Shown here piece by piece: positions 37,155 through 43,313 of a stretch of DNA of 54,780 bases; position 1 is the first letter of the stretch; each line of letters begins with the position of its first letter. Where the stretch lies: positions 1 through 54,780 of the IMG/VR virus record IMGVR_UViG_3300017830_000022, one strand, 5' to 3'. The stretch comes from a virus. The notes below the pieces were generated by a model. That model did not search any database. It saw nothing but the letters and a program-made list of their open reading frames with translations, and was not told where the DNA came from. A program made the translations under genes and the position numbers.

Positions 37155-37376
37155 TTAGCCGCGCGCATGATGCGGCAGGTCTATCGTGCGCTCCGAGAGC
37201 TGCCCCTCAGGAGCGTCCAGCCAATAGATGGTGAGCGGGCCCCAGTACTCACCACAGCTACGCATGATGTCCTCTAACGCGGACATCACTTCTGCTCCAG
37301 CGGGGATATCAACTTCGAAAGGGACATTGCCCATGGCAATGTCCTGGGATGTGGTTGTCATTACGGATGTGGTCAT
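37155..37376 (-). CDS. Hypothetical protein, leaderless start predicted
   Basis: 73 aa. ATG 37376 lies 6 nt after the -10 box of module copy C. Confidence 0.55.
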   Translation of the reverse strand: MTTSVMTTTSQDIAMGNVPFEVDIPAGAEVMSALEDIMRSCGEYWGPLTIYWLDAPEGQLSERTIDLPHHARG

Positions 37377-37434
37377 GATTAGAGGATAGCCGCATCATAC
37401 GGGCGGCGCAAGGGCGATGCGGTTGTTTTTTTTT
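37377..37434 (-). promoter_or_regulatory. Promoter/hairpin module copy C
   Basis: Minus strand: A9 (37434-37426). Stem AGCCGCATC/GATGCGGTT (37388-37396 with 37416-37424, one G-T pair). TTGCGC (37411-37406), 17 bp, TATCCT (37388-37383), 6 nt, ATG 37376. Confidence 0.6.
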
Positions 37435-37656
37435 GGAGCGTTATGAGATTCGGCGTTGACCCGCAGCGGTCCGCCTCCGCTGCGGGCGAGTCTCGGACTC
37501 TCTGACTCTCGCCAAGGTGATGTTATATGAGGGCGATGCCAGGACGCGTACTTCGGGCGACCTTGCCGTGGCGGGACGGCGGCCCGTTCGGAGCTCTCCT
37601 CCGAGTCTAGTTCACCTTGCCGTGCGCGGAATTGAACCGCGCACGGACTTGTGGCT
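37435..37656 (-). ncRNA. Candidate structured non-coding RNA region with T-arm-like hairpin
   Basis: 222-nt GC-rich gap. Hairpins on the minus strand: CCGTGCGCGG-TTCAATT-CCGCGCACGG (37620-37646), TCGGAG-GAGAG-CTCCGA (37588-37604), CCCGCAGCGG-AGGCGGA-CCGCTGCGGG (37460-37486). Possible long-range pair CAAGGTGA (37612-37619) with TCACCTTG (37513-37520). Confidence 0.3.
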
Positions 37657-38133
37657 CTACCAGTCGACCTTTCCGTGGCCGTAGGAACCGAGCGCCGCGT
37701 TCGGTTCGGCTCGGGCGCTGGACCCCCAGCGCAAAAGTTGGCGGCAGCCGATAATTTTTCCACTGTCGTCGCGGACAAAATCCGCGGGAGTGACGAGATC
37801 ATCGCGATGAGGGCACTGCTGCGCGACGATCGTTGCTACGATATATATGTTCCACTGCCCCCTCGGGGGCAGTCCCTCGGGGTCACCAAGGCGGGCCTCG
37901 GCGATGTTGATGTGGATTTCAGAGAGCCCCTCGGGGCCCTCGAGATAAAAGGGGTCCACACTCTCAGAGTGTGTCTCTGTTTTGATGCGCGCGACATCCC
38001 CTGATGGAGGGATGTTCACGGTCTCCCCGTTGGGGAGATGTAGAGATACGGTGTGCGGGGTCAGGTTTATTAACATCTTTTTCGGGTCTCCGGACGCCTC
38101 TCGGCGTTTCGGCCCACCCCCGTGGGCCATCAT
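37657..38133 (-). CDS. Hypothetical protein
   Basis: 158 aa (alternative start ATG 38076, MLINLTPHTV...). 3 nt after the upstream stop. Confidence 0.5.
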   Translation of the reverse strand: MMAHGGGPKRREASGDPKKMLINLTPHTVSLHLPNGETVNIPPSGDVARIKTETHSESVDPFYLEGPEGLSEIHINIAEARLGDPEGLPPRGQWNIYIVATIVAQQCPHRDDLVTPADFVRDDSGKIIGCRQLLRWGSSARAEPNAALGSYGHGKVDW

Positions 38134-38136
38134 CAG

Positions 38137-38409
38137 TTATGCGGGGCTGTATCGGTCGGCGACACGCTCCTCGTCGAGGACGATCTGGTCGAGCTGGCAT
38201 CCGCCATGCTCATCCGCGGCGTAGATGTCGATGATGACTGCATCCAACCGGCGCGCCTTGTTGCGCGCCTTGTTGCGGACGCGAGCTCGGACCTCGTCGA
38301 GCTGACCTCCGCCCGGTAAACCGGCCCAGGTCTCGGAGTCCGTGCCACTCAACGTCACGAAGAGAGTGGTGCCGGTGTTGGAGAGTTCGAATGTGTTTGT
38401 TTCGCTCAT
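38137..38409 (-). CDS. Hypothetical protein, leaderless start predicted
   Basis: ATG 38409 (MSETNTFELS...) lies 6 nt after the -10 box of module copy D. The ORF track start 38415 would sit inside the promoter. Confidence 0.55.
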   Translation of the reverse strand: MSETNTFELSNTGTTLFVTLSGTDSETWAGLPGGGQLDEVRARVRNKARNKARRLDAVIIDIYAADEHGGCQLDQIVLDEERVADRYSPA

Positions 38410-38464
38410 GAACATACTATAGCCGCATGATACGGGCAGCGCAAGTGGGATGCGGCTATTTTTT
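38410..38464 (-). promoter_or_regulatory. Promoter/hairpin module copy D
   Basis: Minus strand: A6 (38464-38459). Stem ATAGCCGCAT/ATGCGGCTAT (38419-38428 with 38450-38459). TTGCGC (38444-38439), 17 bp, TATAGT (38421-38416), 6 nt, ATG 38409. Confidence 0.6.
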
Positions 38465-38622
38465 ACAGGGGTGCGGCGAATGCGCTACGGAATGGGCGCA
38501 GCACTGATGATCTCAAGGAGTCTGTCGCGATACAGACAGCTTATTTTGCGGCGCAAACCTGCCTCAGCCACATCCGCAGCCGCAGACGTAGCCTCAACCA
38601 CAGCCACATGCCAAGCTGTGGA

Positions 38623-39174
38623 TCATCTTCCGTACTCCAGATTGAGCAGTGCTATTTGGGCGAATTGGTATAGTTCTGGGTCATCCGTGGGCGTGCGGGC
38701 TTGCACGATGTCGATCATCGGGCCGACACGTTCGTCGAGCTGCTCCTCGGTCGCTCCCATAACGTCGTACATAAATTGCAACGTATGTGCAATGCATTCG
38801 ATCTCCACGGCAAAGGGGCCGTCGTTGGCAAGATGCATGTCGCCGCGTAGATGCTGCTCGTAATGGCACCCCTCATGCACCAAAACAAGCGCCCGGTCGC
38901 ACACCTCCTGGGCATGGAAATCCTCTTGCAAATAGACTGTATCCGCGAACGTGTTATAGCAGGAACCGTCTGTCCAACACTCCGTACTTTTTCCCTTTCT
39001 GATCTTGATGCTCGGAATATTCTTCGTGTATTCCGCTTCCGCGGAGGTACACGTGTGCCCAGTGAATGAGGGGCGGTCGTAGGCGGCCAAGACCAAGGCG
39101 GTTGTGTCGGGACCAGCTTGCCCACACGAGGATAGGGCAAGAAGAAGGGGTAATAATTGTGATGAGGTTTTCAT
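38623..39174 (-). CDS. Lipoprotein with HExxH zinc-metalloprotease motif
   Basis: 183 aa. MKTSSQLLPLLLALSSC is a signal peptide plus lipobox LSSC. Six further Cys. LVHEGCHYEQH contains HExxH. Confidence 0.6.
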   Translation of the reverse strand: MKTSSQLLPLLLALSSCGQAGPDTTALVLAAYDRPSFTGHTCTSAEAEYTKNIPSIKIRKGKSTECWTDGSCYNTFADTVYLQEDFHAQEVCDRALVLVHEGCHYEQHLRGDMHLANDGPFAVEIECIAHTLQFMYDVMGATEEQLDERVGPMIDIVQARTPTDDPELYQFAQIALLNLEYGR

Positions 39175-39557
39175 TGTGCTTCTTCATTTTGTGGGCAGAA
39201 GAGTTTTTCGGTCAGCTCATAACAAGCATGGATTGTTTGGGTCGGGTGGTGGTTCCAACTGCCACCCAAGTGCTCGATGCATTGCAGCGCCCAGTCAGCG
39301 GCATCTGCCGAAAGTTGGCATTGGGGCGTGTCGTGGCGGTCAAGAGTGGAGGGCGTGCAGATGCAGGCGCCGAAAAGGATAAGTAGGCCAATCAGGAAAC
39401 CGGCGACGAATGGGCCGGGTGGATTAGGTGGGGAGTGCATTGGGATTTGATTCCTTTTCGCTTGTAAGGATGCGTTGCTGCTCGGTCTGGGATACTTCTC
39501 GCGCCAGAGCTTGGTGAGGGTTTTGATTTTTTCGAAGATGGGTTCGGGGGATTTCAT
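39171..39557 (-). CDS. Membrane-anchored or lipo-protein, Cys-rich
   Basis: 128 aa (alternative start ATG 39440). Hydrophobic PFVAGFLIGLLILFGAC followed by a Cys-containing soluble part. ATGA overlap with the HExxH gene. Confidence 0.5.
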   Translation of the reverse strand: MKSPEPIFEKIKTLTKLWREKYPRPSSNASLQAKRNQIPMHSPPNPPGPFVAGFLIGLLILFGACICTPSTLDRHDTPQCQLSADAADWALQCIEHLGGSWNHHPTQTIHACYELTEKLFCPQNEEAQ

Positions 39558-39646
39558 GACAAGTTCTTTGAGTTTTCGTCCATCCGCGGCAAGTCCGGAA
39601 TAGGGAAGCTCGTTGGATAGTTCGGTTATTGTGGATTGTTTTGGGC

Positions 39647-39997
39647 TCAGCGGCGCAGCGACTGGGGTTCGCTTCCGCGTTGCTCTAGCAACTTCTGGGC
39701 GTAGCTGATCTCGTTGTGAAGAATGTCATAAGGGTCTTGTGACCCAGGGGAGGGATACGTGACGCGGTCGTTGGGGCGTTCGAGCTGAAGGCGAAGGGGT
39801 GTCAAGGCTCGGCAAATAACACCGAACGCTTCGTCCGGCTGAAGCGCGAGAAATTCAAGCGACTTGCCCAGGAAAGAGTCTCCGTCGAATTTGACGTGGT
39901 ACTTGTCTTCGACAAGGACCTCTGTCTGTAGGTTGGGAAATAACTCCGCCCAGTGGGCAGAGAGGTTCTCGAGGTCGAGGATGCGTTTGTGGGTCAT
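39647..39997 (-). CDS. Hypothetical protein
   Basis: 116 aa. 3 nt after the stop of the 540-aa gene. Confidence 0.5.
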   Translation of the reverse strand: MTHKRILDLENLSAHWAELFPNLQTEVLVEDKYHVKFDGDSFLGKSLEFLALQPDEAFGVICRALTPLRLQLERPNDRVTYPSPGSQDPYDILHNEISYAQKLLEQRGSEPQSLRR

Positions 39998-40000
39998 GGG

Positions 40001-41623
40001 TCATTTCTCCGAGAGGCCTAATATTTTTTCAATCTTGCGACGGTCCTCTGCCGTGCATTTAAAAACGGTCTGTTCTTTTTTCGAGGATCGGTAAAGCCAC
40101 TCGCCCTTCAAGCAATCGACTAAAGCCTCGCCGTCCGCTGTTCCACGGCAAACGATCTGATGTGTGTCGCTATGCACGACAAGCCATTCGGGGAATGGTC
40201 CCGCGTTCCTTTTTACGAACAGCGTTCGAATGCGCATCGCGTCGTAGAATGAGTGCCATTCGAAAGACGGATAAGGAGCGAGGGATTTGATCCACTTCGC
40301 GTCCTTTTCTTTAAGACGGAAATTAGTGCCGTCATGAAGACGGAAAAGATTGCTGCGATTGAGGCGGTGGGCCGGAGCGTGGTGAGTGTCGATCTGGTCG
40401 TACGCCTTGCTGGGCTGGATGAGGAGGTCGTGGGCGATCGCCCACGACCCGTCGTCAGTGACGTGGATAATGGAGGCAAGGTCGGGGCGGCGCGTGGGGT
40501 GTGAGACGATGAGGCGAACGTCGGTGCCCAGCTCGAAGATGTAGCGGGGGTCGGAGGTCGCCTCACACTCTTTGCGGGCTCGATCGAAACTCTCAGAATC
40601 GACGCCGGCGGGGTTTGCGTGAAGGACGTCCACGGGATTTTGGTCCGCCACAAACTCCTGGCTAAGATGTGGCGAAGTTGTGGATTGTGTGGATTTCGGG
40701 GGATTTTGGTCCGCCACAAACTCCTGGCTAAGATGTGGCGAAGTTGTGGATTGTGTGGATTTCGGGGGATTTAGGGGGGCTACGATGGGTTCGGGGTAGG
40801 GCGGAAAGAGGGCGAGAATGGCGTCGCCGTCCGCGCCCGTGAGGGTGAAGTCGGGATAAGGCGTGTCGGGGCGACGGACCTTATAGACGGGGTCCTTGCC
40901 GAAATCCTTTTGGGCGCATAATGCGGATCGGATATCCGATCCGGTCGCGGGGAGAGGCGTGAGGTGACGAGTCGCCCAGGAGCCGTCAGACTGGACGATG
41001 AGGCGGGCGACATCGTCGGGGTGCGTGGCGTGGAGATATTCTTTGGGCCAGTTGGGGTCGGTGGGGTCGATGAATCTGAGGTCGGTGGGGTCGGTGGGGT
41101 CGATGAATCTGAGGTCGAGGGATTCGACGAATTTGTCGGCAGCGGCAATGGCGGTGTCGGTGTCGGTGGGAGTGCGGACGGGTCCTGGATCCGGGGGACT
41201 AGAGGGTTGTGTCTCGTGGATCTTGGGTGGTGGGTTCGTGGCGGGGAGTGGGCTATCGGGAAGGAGAGAGTCGAGAGTGTCGAGTGTGGTTTGGAGACGG
41301 TCGAGCGCGGCGCGCTCTTCGGCCGTCTCGGTCTCAAGGGAATCGCGGAGAAGGCTGAGGGCGGGGAGACAGCGCTGGATGGTGAGGAGATCGCAGGAGG
41401 AGAGCTGCCTATGACCGGAGGCCTCGTCATCGAGCTCGAGCTCGATCCGTGGGGGGTCAGTGCGCGCCCAGTGCAGGGCGCGGGCCTGTGCCTCTATATA
41501 GAGGTGGCACCGCGAGTACGCCTGGGACCAGGCTTCTTCGAGGGCTTTGATGGCGATCTGCCAAGAAGACGGGGCCGCGGAGGGGCATTGGGGGTCGGAC
41601 GGAGGTGGGCTATCACTGGGCAT
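40001..41623 (-). CDS. Large early protein with in-frame tandem duplications, function unknown
   Basis: 540 aa, first gene of the leftward block. Helical N-terminus, Pro/Thr-rich linker, two DGSWA-containing domains. No family recognised. Confidence 0.65.
   Translation of the reverse strand: MPSDSPPPSDPQCPSAAPSSWQIAIKALEEAWSQAYSRCHLYIEAQARALHWARTDPPRIELELDDEASGHRQLSSCDLLTIQRCLPALSLLRDSLETETAEERAALDRLQTTLDTLDSLLPDSPLPATNPPPKIHETQPSSPPDPGPVRTPTDTDTAIAAADKFVESLDLRFIDPTDPTDLRFIDPTDPNWPKEYLHATHPDDVARLIVQSDGSWATRHLTPLPATGSDIRSALCAQKDFGKDPVYKVRRPDTPYPDFTLTGADGDAILALFPPYPEPIVAPLNPPKSTQSTTSPHLSQEFVADQNPPKSTQSTTSPHLSQEFVADQNPVDVLHANPAGVDSESFDRARKECEATSDPRYIFELGTDVRLIVSHPTRRPDLASIIHVTDDGSWAIAHDLLIQPSKAYDQIDTHHAPAHRLNRSNLFRLHDGTNFRLKEKDAKWIKSLAPYPSFEWHSFYDAMRIRTLFVKRNAGPFPEWLVVHSDTHQIVCRGTADGEALVDCLKGEWLYRSSKKEQTVFKCTAEDRRKIEKILGLSEK
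40634..40772. repeat. 66-bp perfect tandem duplication (about 2.1 copies), in frame
   Basis: Units 40634-40699 and 40700-40765 are identical by eye. They encode NPPKSTQSTTSPHLSQEFVADQ twice. Confidence 0.9.
41054..41119. repeat. 33-bp tandem duplication (2 copies, 31/33 identical), in frame
   Basis: 41054-41086 versus 41087-41119. Encodes DLRFIDPTDPT twice. Confidence 0.85.
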
Positions 41624-41632
41624 CGTGAGGGC

Positions 41633-41661
41633 AGTATCACACGGGCATCGGCAGATAGCAA
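41633..41661 (-). promoter_or_regulatory. Candidate leftward early promoter (P_L)
   Basis: Minus strand: TTGCTA (41661-41656), 17 bp, GATACT (41638-41633), 9 nt, ATG 41623 (near-leaderless). Confidence 0.45.
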
Positions 41662-41756
41662 TGAATCATATCGAAAAAGTGAAGGGTGGGCGTAGTATTC
41701 GCGGAGAATGCCCAGTCGGGGCGGTCGCGAACGTGAAGTGGGCCCGGGCGATTTGT

Positions 41757-41785
41757 TTGACTGGGCCATGAGGCGGAGGTAATCT
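41757..41785 (+). promoter_or_regulatory. Candidate rightward promoter (P_R)
   Basis: TTGACT (41757-41762), 17 bp, TAATCT (41780-41785). Back-to-back with P_L, ~95 bp between the -35 boxes. Confidence 0.45.
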
Positions 41786-41840
41786 GAGTGCTCGACCGCT
41801 ACTCATGGTTGACCTCAGACGTCACGCATCTACCGCCGAC

Positions 41841-41875
41841 AAAGGCCCGCTCATCCAGCGGGCCTTTGTCGTTTG
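41841..41875 (+). terminator. Hairpin with short T-rich tail
   Basis: AAAGGCCCGC (41841-41850) pairs with GCGGGCCTTT (41858-41867), 7-nt loop, then GTCGTTTGG. Confidence 0.5.
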
Positions 41876-41954
41876 GGGCTTAGCATTTTTTGCTATTAGC
41901 GTCATTTGGGCGCTTTGTGTGATTTCCACCCACGTTCTGGAGAAAGGTAACGAG

Positions 41955-42080
41955 ATGTCCTACATTGCGAGTGCTGAAAACGACCGCGTCGAGCGGCTGA
42001 AAATGGGGGCCAATTGGGGGACGGGGGTGGGGGTGCGCCACAAAGTCAGAGGGTGGTTGCCGCAAACTCGACCCGGCTAA
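41955..42080 (+). CDS. Possible 41-aa peptide gene in the control region
   Basis: ATG 41955 preceded by GGAGAAAGG. The stop is followed at once by a small hairpin plus TTTT. Could equally be non-coding. Confidence 0.25.
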   Translation: MSYIASAENDRVERLKMGANWGTGVGVRHKVRGWLPQTRPG

Positions 42081-42082
42081 GT

Positions 42083-42103
42083 GCCTGAAATGGCAGGCGT
42101 TTT
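42083..42103 (+). terminator. Weak hairpin-T element
   Basis: GCCTG-AAATGG-CAGGC followed by GTTTT. Confidence 0.25.
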
Positions 42104-42190
42104 CCAGAACCTAGCCATTTACTCCACAAAATCCTGGATGGCGTAAGTATGCGGAATCATTGAGATCCGCACAAACATGACGCGAAGCCA

Positions 42191-42241
42191 CGAAAAAAGG
42201 GCGCAGGAAAGTTTTGTAAATTTTCTGGCGTCCTTTTTTCG
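42191..42241. terminator. Long imperfect inverted repeat flanked by A6 and T6 (bidirectional-terminator geometry)
   Basis: CGAAAAAAGGGCGCAGGAAA ... TTTTCTGGCGTCCTTTTTTCG. The outer 10 bp are perfect, the inner part has a bulge. Confidence 0.4.
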
Positions 42242-42330
42242 TGAAAAACCGTGGGGGATTTTCGGCCCTCCTTCTTTTCTACTTGTTTCCTAATAAAAAA
42301 AAGAGAGAAAAAGAGAGGTGGTTCGACGGG

Positions 42331-42422
42331 ATTTCAGGTACTTACGGCGAAGCCACCCTCTGCTGGGCCGGTGGTCAAGTGTGGCGGTTGCCTATAATTT
42401 CAGGTACTTACAGCGCAGCCAC
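42331..42422 (+). repeat. Two 26-nt direct repeats 66 bp apart (24/26 identical)
   Basis: ATTTCAGGTACTTACGGCGAAGCCAC (42331-42356) and ATTTCAGGTACTTACAGCGCAGCCAC (42397-42422). Each ends in GCCAC that can pair with an upstream GTGG(T/C). The second overlaps a perfect TATAAT (42393-42398). Confidence 0.8.
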
Positions 42423-42513
42423 GAATTTAAGGTTGTGGCTGGATTGGGTGGTTTTTTTTGCCATGCGCGCGACGCGCATCGGCCACTGGATGCCGTATAC
42501 AGGCAGCTACAGC

Positions 42514-42567
42514 GTTTATGCATGTTTTATGTTTATGCATATTTTGAAATTGGCACGAGCCATGCAT
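42514..42567. promoter_or_regulatory. AT-rich segment with repeated GTTTATGCAT and three ATGCAT palindromes (candidate operators)
   Basis: GTTTATGCAT at 42514-42523 and 42531-42540. Third ATGCAT at 42562-42567. Confidence 0.3.
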
Positions 42568-42615
42568 AGCCACGGAATCTTGCCGACTGGGCTGCCGGGT
42601 GCGAGGGTCCTTGGC

Positions 42616-42900
42616 ATGTCACGTGACCTTGCTCGACCGATCACTCTCGTAGGCGCATTCTATGCCCTCCTGAAGGGCGTTGATCGCCCCGGGGGGTCCC
42701 CTAGGGACGGAGGCGTTTTGCTTCGTCTGGGGCAAGATGGGGACGTTCTCGAGATCGTTTACTGCGACCCTGAAGATCAGTCTGGAATTTCGGTGAAGAT
42801 GCCCCGTCAGGCGGTACGAGTCGGCGGGGATGTCGCTGCTCTCAAGAAAGTGCGTGAGTTGCGTGATGAAGTACGCCTGGCTGAGAGGGCGGACGCATGA
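42616..42900 (+). CDS. Hypothetical early protein
   Basis: 94 aa from ATG 42616. An alternative upstream start (42463) is possible. The ORF-track start 42241 runs through repeats and T-tracts. Confidence 0.45.
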   Translation: MSRDLARPITLVGAFYALLKGVDRPGGSPRDGGVLLRLGQDGDVLEIVYCDPEDQSGISVKMPRQAVRVGGDVAALKKVRELRDEVRLAERADA

Positions 42901-43142
42901 CTCGTTTTCGCGCCGATGCGCGTCGGAACGAGCCTCAGGGCCTTGTCGCAGTGACGATCCGTGCATTCGGCCGCACGACGCTCAAGGCTGTGCAGGTCCA
43001 GATCCGCGAGCAGTGGTACTGGGTCCCGCGGAGCGTGATCGCGAACGAGCGTATGCTGAAGGGCCAGCGTGACGGTAAGTCGGTCGAGGTGACGGAGTAC
43101 CAACTGCCGGCTTGGTTCGCGATCAAAGAGGGCATTATTTAA
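42897..43142 (+). CDS. Hypothetical early protein
   Basis: 81 aa, ATGA overlap with the previous gene. Confidence 0.5.
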   Translation: MTRFRADARRNEPQGLVAVTIRAFGRTTLKAVQVQIREQWYWVPRSVIANERMLKGQRDGKSVEVTEYQLPAWFAIKEGII

Positions 43143-43268
43143 TGCTATTCAACATTATTAGATGCTATCTTAAATAGTCGTGATTTTGGTTGCTTAGCCT
43201 GCACGTGATACGCTTTGCGCGTGACGGGGATTTACCTACATTTCGGGGTTGGGTTTCTCCTTGGCCGT

Positions 43269-43313
43269 GCTCGTGCCGGTTCCGGTGGGCCTGGGACCGG
43301 CACGAGCTTTTTT
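43269..43313 (+). terminator. Strong intrinsic terminator 12 nt upstream of the first late gene
   Basis: 12-bp stem GCTCGTGCCGGT (43269-43280) with ACCGGCACGAGC (43296-43307), 15-nt loop, T6 at 43308-43313. Confidence 0.7.

Noticed and set aside
37620-37646. A canonical tRNA gene on the minus strand (GGTTCAATTCC T-loop).
   Set aside because: With the T-stem fixed, the required acceptor 5' strand (TGCCGTG) is absent within 150 nt upstream and there is no anticodon arm. Kept only as a tRNA-like or relic element.
37395-38004. ORFs 37395..37802 (-) and 37651..38004 (+).
   Set aside because: The first runs through the promoter module and the hairpin-dense gap with Arg/Pro/Ser-rich low-complexity sequence. 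The second is antisense to the better-supported 37657..38133 gene.
40213-41695. Alternative-frame ORFs inside the 540-aa gene (40213..40719 -, 40780..41430 -, 40964..41695 +, 40998..41414 +).
   Set aside because: They are Pro/Ser/Thr/Arg- or Gly-rich low-complexity translations of a GC-rich gene. The 540-aa frame has the promoter-proximal ATG and domain-like sequence.
41805-41954. Upstream part of ORF 41805..42080 (91 aa).
   Set aside because: It contains the 10-bp terminator hairpin and begins only ~13 nt after the predicted P_R start. Only the distal 41 codons, which have an RBS, were kept, and at low confidence.
42241-42615. N-terminal 125 codons of ORF 42241..42900.
   Set aside because: This part crosses the purine tract, both direct repeats, a T8 run and the ATGCAT repeats, and translates to implausible sequence. 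The ORF was trimmed to ATG 42616, with the start still uncertain.
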